A stretch of DNA of 64,000 bases, from NCBI RefSeq assembly GCF_018977255.1, contig NW_024704743.1, forward strand, positions 60,328,001 to 60,392,000, written 5' to 3'. Positions 13,501-25,264 of the stretch are shown piece by piece. The translations under genes and the position numbers were made by a program. Under the pieces are notes generated by a model that was not told the DNA's origin, did no database searches, and saw only the letters and a program-made list of their open reading frames with translations. This DNA comes from Callorhinchus milii. Lineage: Eukaryota. How positions within the stretch are numbered: position 1 is the first letter of the stretch; the number at the start of each line of letters is the position of its first letter.

Positions 13501-16500
13501 TTTTTTTTCTTGAGGGTTTATTATCAGGTGTGTGGAGTAAGGAAACTTGCCCAAGGTTTCGCCCTGCCAGGAATCAAACCCAGATCTTTCGCTTGCAAGG
13601 CGAGTGCTCTAACCACTGAGCTACAGGACTTTGTAAAGCGTCAAGCAGGGTTGTACTGATATCTTACTGATATAGCCAGGCTGCAGACAGTCGATAGGTG
13701 GAAAATCAATTGGAGGACCAGGATAAACAACTGAACATTTCTAACTTTGTGACATTGGGATTGCTAAGAAAAAGGGGTAGCAGAGTATAAAAGAAATGCT
13801 GTGGATGACTGACTCTTATACACAAAAAACAACAGGGAGAACAGTCAGGTTCCTCTTCCCAGGACTGAAATAAGGGAGAATAACCGTTGGATTCACACAC
13901 ACAATATCAAGTTTTATTGATGTAGGGTATGAAACACAAACATCCGTTCCATAGTTCCTTTAAATTCCTTCTTGCAACATATTTATCTTCACACAAATAA
14001 TCAAATCACTTGGGGGCAATTCAAGCACTGAAGCAGTTGAGCCAAGACCTAGAAAACATTTCACAATCTACATTAAATCTTACCTGCACCAATCCCTCCC
14101 ATTTCAGCAACAACTCTACAGTACTACAAGTTTTAAAAGTCCACCAGGAAGGGATTTACTCAATATTGCCTTCTCATAAGCACAGAGAAATTTAGATGTT
14201 AATCTTTGAGTAGCTTGTATAAAAGACAGGTAAGCAAGCTTACAGGGTTTAGATGGCTGGTTTGAGTGAACTGCTTTAATTACTGCTTGAACAAAGGTAC
14301 TCTAAAGAGTTTCTCAGATATAGGTAACTATGTGTTGTGCAGTGGGTACAACTTTTCCAATTGGGGTTTCTTTAATAGAGTGACAATAAATGCTCTTACA
14401 TAGCCTCAAACAATATCAACTTAGCTTTAAAGAAGTAAGCAGAATTCTAGCACCGCTTTAGGGTTCAGATTTATAGTCACTTTTCTTACTGGGGAGAAGT
14501 GAGCTGAGAAAGAATAGAAGTCTAATTAGAAACAAATTTCCAATATCTTTGTTTCTTCCTTTGAAAATGACAGATGTGCAAACTTCCACTTCAAAATGTT
14601 CTCACTGTATCCCCATTTTATTTAATTGAAAATATTTTTTGATCTCATCTCAGATATGTAGTTCTACTCAGACTGTCTGAAACATTAATGAAAGGAAGAT
14701 TAGACAGACATAGGTTTGTCTTTATTCTTCAAATATGCGTGCTGTTGGATAAGGTCAAACTATTGAGGAAATCTTCCAAAGGGATACGTTTAACTAACCA
14801 CTTAATGATGCCGAGGGACATCTTCCAGCCACGTTCTATTCCAGTTCCTGTGCTGAATAATAAAAGTCATGTCTCAAATTGTGACTCCTCAGCTTGTTTC
14901 AACCACTTAATATTTAAGCAGTCTTTCAAAAGCCTGATGGATGGATATCTACCACACTATCGGTCGGTCACCCACTTCCCCAGCTATACTCAGCTCTCTC
15001 CTCCAGCTTGGCTGCCTAGTTGTGTGAAGCTCCTTTAGACTTCCTGCTGATGTGAATAATAATCCTTGCATTTGATATAGTGCTTTTCACATCTTCTCGA
15101 CGTCTCAAAGCGCTTCACAGAATATACTGTAAAGTGAATTGACTGTATATTTGTGGGCAAAACTTGGCAGCTAATTGCGCACAGCAGTGTCCCACAAACA
15201 GTCGTGGATTGAGTGACTAAATTATTATTGTTTTTTTTTAAGGATTATTATCCTTGGAAAAGCGATCCACACATCGACTAACAACTGGGTTCCTACTTAC
15301 TGCTAGGTAAACAGTGTGAAGTAAAGAAATTAGCCCCAAATTTCACCCCGCCGTGAATAGAACCTAAGTTTCTCGCTTGCAAAGCGAGTGCTTTAAACCA
15401 CTGAGCTACAGGACTCAACGTACCTCAGTAAAATGTTTTGTATGTGTACATAAAATGTAAACTGTTGTTACTGTGGCTGTGGGAAGAAGCTGAGCGGGTG
15501 GAGAATGCCCTTGATTTGAAGAATGAAGATGATATCTATAAGTAAGCAATCATCGTATTCATTCTAAGCATACCATAGCATTAACAACTTGCATTGACAT
15601 AGCACCCTTCACACAGAATAATGTTATGGAGTGGTTATGTTTCGGAGGTGTTACAGTGGTGGGGACCTATCTCGGGCGAGGGAGAAGGGGAATATGACCA
15701 TAGATGCAATCCAAGAGGTAGGTTTTAAGATAAGATTTAAATAAAGATAGAGAGGGGGTGAGGTAACGAGATAATGCCTAGGATTTCCAGATATTAGGGA
15801 CAAAGTAATTGAAGCCACGGCCACCAAAGCTGATGTAAAGGGAGCAGGGATGCACAGCAGGATCTGTTGGCTGAGCGGAGGGGCCGGGCAGAGCAGTGGG
15901 ATGCAAGCAGATCAGAGATATAGGGAGAGTGGCAGTTTTAAGGCTATTTCTCGAGTACTATTTTAATTTACCAATTTTCTTAATTTAAACTACACAAATG
16001 TCTCAGCAGGATTCAAACCTAGAGCTAGCATCAACAGCACTACTTACCAGACCTCCAAATGACAGGAATATTATCTTACATTACACAAAGTTTAGATCTC
16101 ATAAAGGAACCAAGGCTGATATTTGAGGGGGGTAGTTTATACCTTTTTCCCTTGGTTAAGTAAGCAGGGTCTCCTTAGGATTGAACTGGCTCCAAGGCGA
16201 CATGCTTGGCAACGTAATTTCGGAATCAAATCATCCTCTGTGGCGGTCTCAGTAGTCCAGTTCCTGAGCCAAATGGATCCACAAAATTCCAGGGCACTGC
16301 TGATGGCAGCATAGATAGGATTTGGAGAAGGAAGTCTTCCCATTCTGCTTCATCTGAATTTTGCAAAGCAAAGCCCCAACAGGTTGGATGGTCCTAGCTG
16401 AACAATTATCATATAGTGCTTTCAATGCAAGCTATGCAGTTTTAGCTTTTCATAAACTCCAACAGTACCTCAACATACATTATGAGACCTTCAAGACTTG

Positions 16501-19500
16501 ACTCTTGCTAACCTCTACCTTACACTCTGGAATTAGGGTATGCATAGGATGAATAGGATGCATCCAGGGATGCGTCCTATTCACCTCCAGGGATAGAGGG
16601 CACATTGCATACACAGGAATTTCCATGTTTAAGCAACATGGGTAGAACTCAGTTCCTGCGCCAAACGGGTCCACAATTCCAGGGCACTGTTAATGACAGC
16701 ATGACACCTGTCTGACCAAAAACAATAATTTGTTCAAACATAGAAAAACAGGAACAGGATGAGGCCATAAAGCCTATTCCAACAGTTTTATTAGCTCTTG
16801 GTAGATTTTTCAATCCCACACCCACTCTTTTGCCATACTTTTCAACCTTGCTCAAATGGTAGCATTCTTAACCTCCAAGTTAGAAGGCTGTGGGTTCAAG
16901 CTCCACCCTCACCCCCCCCCCGCCCCCACTGCGAGAGTGGGGGGAGCGGGGGCTGCATTGTTGGGGATGGATGTTAGCGATCCTCTGGCACTATTTGAAA
17001 AGAGAAAGCAGTTTCCCCTGGTGTCCTGGCCAACATTCCCCCAAATAAAGTAAGTTATTCATTAATGGCTGTTTGTGGTACATTGCTGTTGCAATTGGCT
17101 GCCATATTCAACCACAAAATACACAATCACTGCACTCTATTATGAAGTGCTTTGGGTCATTGTTCCAACGTGAAAGGCTCTATACCAAATGTATTATTAT
17201 TTCTCCTAATACTTCCACTTTTTTTAAAAAAAACATCCCTATTGATTATGCCTCCTCAGCTATCTGAAGCAAAGAATTCACCATCTTCGCAACCTCAATT
17301 TCTGCTTGTGAAGAAATGCTTCATGACCTCAGTTCTAACCATCTTCTAATTTTAAAGCTGTGTCCCTTGTAATGGCTCTGATAAAATGAAGTGTTGTCCA
17401 CAATCTATCCTGGTAATTCTCTTAATCATTTTGAATACCTCAATCAAACCACTCCCTAAAACACTTCTATTCTAAGGAACAGAAGCCCAATTTACGCAGC
17501 CTCTCGTCACAGCTGAATCCTTTTATTTTGCGTATTATTCCAGTTTCATACACCTCTGATAAATTGAATTATCAAAGCACGTTTTTCATATTCTACAAAG
17601 GAAAAGCATGTAAGATGAAAAATGCTAACAATTGCATTCTGATGGGGACCTTGCTTCATTCTTTAAGTCACTGACTGCTGTTACGTATTCCATTGTATGG
17701 TATAATGGGTGACTGATGGGTGTTTTACTAAAGTCCTTCTGTTTCATGGGGGAAACCTATGCCACTTTCTCTAAGACGCATTAATTTTAAAATAAAATAA
17801 AACAATAATTGTAAATTTCAAGATTGCCAGACTAAGAAACTGCATTTGTTCTCATTTATTAATTATTCTCCTCCCATATCAAGGAATTTTGAACGGATTT
17901 CATGGTTTCAATGGAAGTCTCGACACAATGAAACCAGTCTGTGTAACAAACAATTAAAAAGCTGTGTGAAAACCTTCAAACAGAGGGTTTACACCTTATA
18001 TATAAAAGGCTACCTCCCATCACCCAGCACACTTCACATCTTGAACTAGTCTAATGCACAATAGTGTTTTGGTGTGCCTTGTGAAGTTTCAACTTCAAAA
18101 GTGCACAACTGACAGATTTATAGACAGGGTCATTATGCAATATGGGCATTTTTTAAAAAATGAAGCAACCAAAAGTAGCTGTTAGTTAATACTAATTTCA
18201 AGTGCATCAGCACTTATACTTAAACCGTCATGGAGATATCATCAGGTCACGGAAAGAAGGTGGTAATATTAAATGATAATCATTTACAGTGTCTACATTG
18301 CAGTTCTCGAACAACACAGATTTACTAGACCAAGACTTGTATGAATGCACCATGTCAAATAGCACTACAGTGCCAAAGAATGGTCATTCTACATCAAGGA
18401 AGCTTTTTGTACAAACTGCTAACTACACCTGTGTAGAAAAAAAGTCCAGTTTCTATAATAGTTATAGGTTCTGCTATTCTCTGGTCTTAAATATGAATAA
18501 CCAACCACCTGTCCACATACATATGACATTACCACATTGTTGAGACGTCTCAAAGTACTTCACAGGGTATACTGTAAGTGGGTTGTCTGTGTTTTTTGTG
18601 ATGAAATTTGGCAGCCAGTTTGCACACATCAACGTCACCCAGACAGTCATGGAGTGAGTGACCAATTTTATTTTGGGGATTGTTGGTCAGAACACCAGGA
18701 GAAACTCCCTTCTCTTTTCGAATAGTGCCATGGGTTCTTTAACATCTATCTGAACAGACAGATGGGACCACAGTTTAAGCTTCACCCGAAGGGTGAAGGG
18801 CGGGACCTCCATAACACAACACTTCCCAGCTTTGGACTGTGTAATTCTAAGACCTGAAGTGTGAGCCCACAACACCACCACCAACATTACATTGGTATAG
18901 CGCCTTTCACGTCGGGAGGACGTCCCGAGGCGCTGGACAGACAGAGTTATGGACCCGAACTGGGGGTCGGGGTGCGGGAGGACAGGGGGGGGAAGCAGGG
19001 AGATCGAAAGCCGGTCGAAGAGGAGTGTCTTGAGATGGGTCTTGAAGGTGGCAAGGGAGGGGGCGAGACAGAGGGAATGTGGGATGGAGTTCCAGAGGGT
19101 GGGGCGAGCAAGGTGGGGGATGTGAAGCAGGCCAGAGCCCGCTGAGCGGAAGGAGCGAACAGGATGGTAGGGGGTTAGGAGGTCAGAGAGGTAGGGGGGA
19201 GCAAGACCGTGGAGTTAGACTTGACTGTGGAGTCATAACCTTATGACTCAGAGGCAAAAGTGCCATCACTGCTCCAGGCTGACAGACCAACCATCTGTCC
19301 ACACACACACACACATATGCTACAATAAAGAGTACAATGGCCAATATTTAGATTTATATTTTATATATATTTTTATTATAAAGAGACAACTTAACCCACT
19401 TTACCCACCCACTGAAGTTCCTAGATTTTCAGTTAACATAGTGTTGTTGAAATAAACATCAGTATCAGAGCTTTGTGCTATGGGAACAACAGAATCTAGA

Positions 19501-22500
19501 GGACATTTAGGATACAAAAAATGCGACATTACTGGTGACGCATTCCAAAGAAAGGCAAAATACGTAATTGCTTTGTTGCTATGACAAAAAATATTTATAT
19601 ATAAAGTACATTTCAGTTGTAAGCAAAGCTGCATAAAGCATTCTCAAGAAATACAAAATTCCAATATAATTTTTTTAAATTAAAATTTCTTGCACTCTCT
19701 AAAGGGATCATTTAGTTTTCTGATCAGTGTCAAATATATTGGCTGCCTTAAGGTCCCCTAAATACCTAAGAGGTAAATACAATAACATTTACATGGTACC
19801 TTTCATGTCGGAAGGATGTCTCAAAGCGCTTCACTTAGGATGGGTTTTGAAAGCAGAGGGATTCCGGGATGGAGTTCTGGATGGAGGGAGCAGATCAAAT
19901 TGGTTGAAGACATGACTATCAATAGTAGTGGGGGCAGGGGACTTTATGCAGACCAGTCCTAGCAGAGTACTAGTACTATGGTGGGGTGAAGCCATGAAGA
20001 TATTTGAAAGTGAGGATAAGAATACTGATAACAGAAACTGTTAAGACTGTGGGGAGTCAGTAGAGCGAAACAAGAATGAGAGTGAAGAACTTGCAGAACC
20101 TGTTTCTGGGAGGGGAGAGCACTGCAGAATTCTGGATGATCTGCAGTGTTTACGTAGGGAGGTTCAGGACACCAGGAGAAAATACCATAAACAAGAATAA
20201 AATCAGATAAGCAAGATTTAACCATATTATGCAACAACCAGACCTGTGTAAAACAAAGCCTCTTTAATCCTGAATTACGAATATGGCATAGGTTGGGCTT
20301 GAATAAAAAAAAGCTTCCTTTTTGAATATTTTAATGGGAATTTTATACCCACCTAAAAACGGGAAATTGAACATTCATTCAGCATCTCACTCAAAGGGCA
20401 TTTTCAAATAGTAGAACTATGAATATGGTCAAAACACGTCATGGAACACATCAAGATAATGTGTTTGGGTTGTTAGAGTTGTCAAATTGTTTACTAGTCT
20501 TTTGCAGCCATGCATTGAGATGGTGGAGCATAGATCTCAATATTAAATCCAAGCCATGGATAAACATCCAATTTCAAAAGCTAAGTATACGTAGCTTTAA
20601 AAAAACATTCCTTCCTTCTACAAACTACATGCTTTTAAGCCAAAAGTTTTGACCCCCTCCTTGCAACAGTGAAGGATGTGCAGTGCAGTAGTTATACCAG
20701 AAGAAGAAGGATAACTTGGTAAGATTACAGATGCAATTCACTATTCAAGGTTGAGCTTCACAGAAAATTATTCTATAGACACAAACACTATAAAGTCTGC
20801 TGAATGAATACAGTACCCCATATGAACATTCTGACTAACCAATCCCACCACTCAATGATATCACAAAAACACTCAATGACATTGACTTTAGGAACACCAC
20901 CTAATGCACAGAATTAACATTTTAAATGTGTTTATATGTTTCAAATGAAATAACTATTTAACCCTGAATTATCACATCACAACAATGATGTCAAAATATA
21001 GCAGCACAAAACAATTAAAAAACTAGAATGAGTAATTTTAAGTGAAGAGAATAGTAATTAGCCAAAAATAAATAGTCCAAAAGATGTATTGCTGAGAATA
21101 ACAATACAGTAAGCACCGTTCCTCACAGCTCACAATCTAAAAGACGAAACCCTTCAGAACACTAATATTTCTTGAATGTACTTTTGGTGACAATTTTTAT
21201 GAAAGCCAAGGAGAAAAATAGCCTTCAGTTGTACAGAGGCTAACGGCTGGCTACTGGTCAATTTTAAGCCAAAAATCCAATTAAGGGGTTTAAACTGTGA
21301 TCTTAAGTCAACATCCTTTTGAAATCAATGACAGCCATCCAATATTATCTGTATGAAACATCAGACGCAAACATTTTAAGAGAAATATCAGCTTAACTAC
21401 AGTAGTTTGTGCTGTCTGCTGGACACAGGTTAGCAACGAAAATAATCTTTGAGCAGTGGTACCAGGTTATTTCAGGAAGTGACTAACTATGGTGGATTCC
21501 ATGTAGTGAGGAGTAGGGTAGATGCATTCTTGCACATTTCAAGCTAATTAAAAGTACAGTAATTCAGAATGGTATGTGATGCTGTTGAATATTAGGCAAC
21601 AGCTGAAATCCTCATGGGATATATTATTTTCGACAATTTTTAAAATATGATATACTGCAATAACCTGCAAGTCAGACCAACGGATACAGCACAACTCTCA
21701 CTGCACTGAAATGAGCAATCCTGATATAAAAAAGATGGTTTTAAAATACTGTAAAATAAAAATAAATCAAGGCTATACTTCCTCCATATTTTACGCTTAT
21801 AATAGTCACCTTCCTCTAAATGGTAAACAGCTATGACCTGCTTGTGTGCTGGCTTTTCAATCCAGTTGAAGATCCATAAAATCCTATGGATATTGAACAC
21901 ATCCTATGGTGATTTTTTTAAAAAAAGTCACTGCAACCTATTGAATCTATTCACACAAAATAAAATAAACATTGTATATATCACGGCAGTTGTGTTCAGT
22001 TTACACAAATGGTCAGGGTTGGTTACCGAATCCCCAAATGACAAGAAGCAAAAAACCTGCAGCCTCCCCTCCCTCACCTCAGCCTCCCCTCCCCCCTCAC
22101 CTCAGCCTCCCCTCCCCCCCTCCCTCAGCCTCACCTCCCCCCTCCCCTCAGCCTCCCCTCCCCCCTCACCTCAGCCTCCCCTCCCCCCTCACCTCAGCCT
22201 CCCCTCCCCTCCCCCCTCACCTCAGCCTCCCCTCCCTCCTCAGCCTCCCCTCCCTCAGCCTCCCCTCCCTCACCTCAGCCTCCCCTCCCTCACCTCAGCC
22301 TCCCCTCCCCCCTCCTTCAGCCTCCCCTCCCCCTCCCTCAGCCTCCCTCACCTCAGCCTCCCCCCTCCCTCAGCCTCCCCTCCCTCACCTCAGCCTCCCC
22401 TCCCCCCTCCCTCAGCCTCCCCTCCCTCACCTCAGCCTCCCCTCCCCTCCCCCCTTCAGGCTCCCCTCCCTCACCTCAGCCTCCCCTCCCTCACCTCAGC

Positions 22501-23099
22501 CTCCCCTCACCCCTCAGCCTCCCCTCCCTCACCTCAGCCTCCCCTCACCCCTCAGCCTCCCCTCTCCCACCTCAGCCTCCCCTCCCTCACCTCAGCCTCC
22601 CCTCACCCCTCAGCCTCCCCTCCCTCACCTCAGCCTCCCCTCCCCCTCCTTCAGCCTCCCCTCACCCCTCAGCCTCCCCTCCCTCACCTCAGCCTCCCCT
22701 CCCTCACCTCAGCCTCCCCTCCCACCTCAGCCTCCCCTCCCTCACCTCAGCCTCCCCTCCCCCCTCCCTTCAGCCTCCCCTCACCCCTCAGCCTCCCCTC
22801 CCTCACCTCAGCCTCCCCTCCCCCCTCCCTCAGCCTCCCCTCCCTCACCTCAGCCTCACCTCCCCCTCAGCCTCCCCTCCCCCCTCAGCCTCCCCTCCCT
22901 CACCTCAGCCTCACCTCCCCCTCCCCACCTCCCCCTCCCTCAGCCTCCCCCCGGCCCCGGCCTCACCTCCGTAGTGCCTGTGCACGGCATGGCAGGCGGA
23001 GAGGATGATGACGGCGCCGAGCGCCAGCAGCTTGGCGTTGCTGAGGTTGAAGTGCTGGTTGATCTCCCGCTTGCCCATGGCGTAGGCCTGCGCCGCCAT
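1467..23099 (-). CDS. CASD1: CAS1 domain-containing protein 1 (sialate O-acetyltransferase), exons 1-3; gene continues beyond left edge
   Basis: Three exons translate to [17 protein letters not shown]..., ...[20 protein letters not shown] and ...[16 protein letters not shown]. These match the vertebrate CASD1 N-terminus, including the catalytic GDS motif. Synteny with COL1A2. Exon 2 has an apparent 1-nt deletion. Confidence 0.93.
1841..2161 (-). mobile_element. tRNA-derived SINE with L2-like tail and (ATT)n end
   Basis: Reverse-strand head GAGTCCTGTAGCTCAGTGGTTAGAGCAC...GAGTTCAATTCC (A/B boxes); tail GTGAAGCGCTTT...AAATGCAAGGATTATTATT; several copies in window. Confidence 0.9.
4357..4662 (+). 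mobile_element. Same tRNA-derived SINE family (5' end locally duplicated at 4341)
   Basis: Colinear with the 6293-6605 copy. Confidence 0.9.
4860..5167. mobile_element. MITE-like element with ~52-bp inverted termini
   Basis: 4861-4912 versus reverse complement of 5115-5166: 2 mismatches. Confidence 0.7.
5440..5535 (-). CDS. CASD1: CASD1 exon 2 (96 bp as assembled; 97 needed for frame)
   Basis: tttctctccag|GT GGG GAT ACC TGT GAG CGG CTC CTA TC- AGT GGT CGC TTC CTT GGT GAA AAT GTG TGG CAG CCC...AAA ATC AG|gtgagt. Confidence 0.9.
6293..6605 (+). mobile_element. Same tRNA-derived SINE family, full length
   Basis: A/B-box head, central body, (ATT)n tail. Confidence 0.9.
7720..9299 (-). mobile_element. 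CR1-clade LINE, 5'-truncated, degenerate ORF2 (RT) plus 3'UTR
   Basis: Fragments [61 protein letters not shown]; frameshifts; 3' end ...TTCCTATGTTCCT. Confidence 0.9.
9300..9709 (+). mobile_element. Chimeric element: tRNA-SINE head joined to an L2-type 3' tail ending (GTT)n
   Basis: 9301-9390 matches the SINE head; 9470-9709 matches L2-type tails elsewhere (e.g. 49710-50000 reverse). Confidence 0.7.
9720..10860 (-). mobile_element. Degenerate hAT (SPIN/Buster, GTF2IRD2-like) transposase relic
   Basis: Reverse-strand peptides [18 protein letters not shown] (catalytic D region), [17 protein letters not shown] and SEVRWLS; stops and frameshifts. Confidence 0.85.
10862..11450 (-). mobile_element. 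CR1-clade LINE 3' fragment
   Basis: [35 protein letters not shown]...; [12 protein letters not shown]; (TTCTAT)-like tail. Confidence 0.9.
12410..12740 (-). mobile_element. Degenerate Deu-domain SINE (AmnSINE/SacSINE-like)
   Basis: GGCTAGGACAC...AATAGTG..ATGAGATT...CATCCACCTGA...TTAACATCTCATCTGAAA; related copies at about 7520-7710, 16840-17200, 18520-18870, 31030-31330 and 38960-39130. Confidence 0.7.
13336..13630 (-). mobile_element. Same tRNA-derived SINE family, full length
   Basis: Reverse complement of the 6293 copy. Confidence 0.9.
15056..15416 (-). mobile_element. SINE subfamily with an extra ~65-bp central segment
   Basis: Same head and tail plus CGATCCAC...AACTGGGTTCCTACTTACTGCTAGGTAAAC, which is also seen at 63220-63265. 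Confidence 0.85.
18520..18870 (-). mobile_element. Degenerate Deu-domain SINE
   Basis: GAACACCAGGAGAAACTCCC..CTCTTTTCGAATAGTGCCATGGGTTCTTTAACATC. Confidence 0.7.
18870..19215 (-). mobile_element. L2-type 3' tail fragment inserted in a Deu-SINE
   Basis: Similar to 49710-50000 and 25930-26170. Confidence 0.75.
22060..22950. repeat. C-rich minisatellite (unit ~CCTCACCTCAGCCTCCCCTC) at start of CASD1 intron 1
   Basis: About 890 bp of degenerate tandem repeats; G-rich on the CASD1 sense strand. Confidence 0.95.
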
Positions 23100-23235
23100 C
23101 TTGCCTCCTCCATGACAACTGAGCGAGAGCCGCCGCCAGGCCCCGAGCAGCCGCCCCCGGCCCAGCCCCGCCGGGGAGGAGCCGGGCCCCCACTGGCACA
23201 TGGTGAGTGAGGCGGGGCCAAGGCCTGAGTCGCAG
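22950..23235 (-). promoter_or_regulatory. Small CpG island spanning CASD1 exon 1, 5'UTR and proximal promoter
   Basis: Very GC- and CpG-rich against an AT-rich background; GC-box-like GAGGCGGGGC at about 23209-23218. Confidence 0.7.
22967..23099 (-). CDS. CASD1: CASD1 exon 1 coding part (133 bp)
   Basis: ggcaagATGG start; [44 protein letters not shown]; donor GAG|GTGAGG; CpG-rich. Confidence 0.93.
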
Positions 23236-25035
23236 AGACAGGGAGTGTGTGAGAGGGTCAGAGAGAGAGAGAGAGAGAGTGTGAGAGGGTCAGAGAGAGA
23301 GTGAGTGTGAGAGAGAGAGAGAGTGTGAGAGGGTCAGAGAGAGAGAGAGAGAGTGAGAGGGTCAGAGAGAGAGAGTGAGAGGGTCAGAGAGAGAGTGAGT
23401 GTGAGAGAGTGAGAGGGTCAGAGAGAGAGAGGGTGTGTGTGAGAGAGAGAGAGTGTGAGAGGGTCAGAGAGAGAGTGAGTGTGAGAGGGTCAGAGAGAGA
23501 GTGAGTGTGAGAGGGTCAGAGAGAGAGTGAGTGTGAGAGGGTCAGAGAGAGAGAGTGTGTGTGAGAGAGAGTGTGAGAGGGTCAGAGAGAGAGTGAGTGT
23601 GTGTGAGAGAGAGAGAGTGTGAGAGGGTCAGAGAGAGAGTGAGTGTGTGTGAGAGAGAGAGAGTGTGAGAGGGTCAGAGAGAGAGTGAGTGTGAGAGGGT
23701 CAGAGAGAGAGAGAGAGAGTGTGAGAGAGAGAGAGTGTGAGAGGGTCAGAGAGAGAGAGTGTGAGAGGGTCAGAGAGAGAGTGAGTGTGAGAGGGTCAGA
23801 GAGAGAGAGAGAGTGTGTGAGAGAGAGAGAGTGTGAGAGGGTCAGAGAGAGTGAGTGTGAGAGGGTCAGAGAGAGAGAGTGTGTGAGAGAGAGAGAGTGA
23901 GAGACGGAGAGAGAGAGTGAGTGTGTGTGAGAGAGAGTGTGAGAGGGTCAGAGAGAGAGTGTGAGAGGGTCAGAGAGAGAGTGTGAGAGGGTCAGAGAGA
24001 GAGTGTGAGAGGGTCAGAGAGAGAGTGTGAGAGGGTCAGAGAGAGAGAGTGAGAGGGTCAGAGAGAGAGTGTGAGAGGGTCAGAGAGAGAGAGTGAGAGG
24101 GTCAGAGAGAGAGAGAGTGTGAGAGGGTCAGAGAGAGAGAGAGAGGGTCAGAGAGAGAGAGAGTGTGTGAGGGTCAGAGAGAGAGTGTGAGAGGGTCAGA
24201 GAGAGAGTGTGAGAGGGTCAGAGAGAGAGAGAGAGAGTGTGTGAGGGTCAGAGAGAGAGTGTGAGAGGGTCAGAGAGAGAGAGTGAGAGGGTCAGAGAGA
24301 GAGAGAGTGTGAGAGGGTCAGAGAGAGAGAGAGAGAGTGTGTGAGGGTCAGAGAGAGAGTGAGAGGGTCAGAGAGAGAGAGTGAGAGGGTCAGAGAGAGA
24401 GAGAGAGTGTGAGAGGGTCAGAGAGAGAGAGAGTGTGAGAGGGTCAGAGAGAGAGTGTGAGAGGGTCAGAGAGAGAGAGAGAGAGAGTGTGTGAGGGTCA
24501 GAGAGAGAGTGTGAGAGGGTCAGAGAGAGAGTGAGAGGGTCAGAGAGAGAGAGTGAGAGGGTCAGAGAGAGAGAGAGTGTGAGAGGGTCAGAGAGAGAGA
24601 GTGTGAGAGGGTCAGAGAGAGAGTGTGAGAGGGTCAGAGAGAGAGAGAGAGAGTGTGTGTGTGAGAGAGAGAGAGAGTGTGAGAGGGTCAGAGAGAGAGA
24701 GAGTGTGAGAGGGTCAGAGAGAGAGTGTGAGAGGGTCAGAGAGAGAGAGTGTGAGAGGGTCAGAGAGAGAGAGAGAGAGAGTGTGAGGGTCAGAGAGAGA
24801 GTGTGAGAGGGTCAGAGAGAGAGAGTGAGAGGGTCAGAGAGAGAGAGAGTGAGGGTCAGAGAGAGAGAGAGTGTGTGTGAGAGAGAGAGAGTGTGAGAGG
24901 GTCAGAGAGAGAGAGTGTGAGAGGGTCGGAGAGAGAGAGAGTGTGTGTGAGGGTCAGAGAGAGTGTGAGAGGGTCAGAGAGAGAGTGTGAGAGGGTCAGA
25001 GAGAGAGAGAGAGACCAGGTCACAGAGAGAGAGAC
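23235..25035. repeat. GA-rich compound micro/minisatellite (unit ~GTGTGAGAGGGTCAGAGAGAGA) immediately upstream of CASD1
   Basis: About 1.8 kb of (GA)n interrupted by GTGT and GGGTCA. Confidence 0.95.
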
Positions 25036-25264
25036 TGGACAAATAGTGGGACACATGTCATGGAACATTTTCAATTGTAAGCTGTGCAGTTTTATCTGAT
25101 TAAACCAGTTAAACTCTTGCCACCCTACGCCTAGTACTGGCTCCCACTCCGTGATGTCATCCGCAGGCATGAGTTACCTTCCATATGTATGCGCTCACTA
25201 TCTCTGCCTCCATCCTTGATTCCCGCACCACTGCTGTTCTGACTGATTGCCTGTCAGACATCAA

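Noticed and set aside
21833..23210. 391-aa and 412-aa Pro/Ser/Leu-rich plus-strand ORFs
   Set aside because: Artefacts of the stop-free C-rich minisatellite; they are antisense to the real CASD1 exon 1.
22060..25035. CRISPR-like or immunoglobulin switch-like array
   Set aside because: No unique spacers, eukaryotic context, no GAGCT pentamer array and no Ig genes; these are simple tandem repeats.
23643..25170. Arg/Glu-rich ORFs (RERE...)
   Set aside because: Translations of the GA microsatellite.
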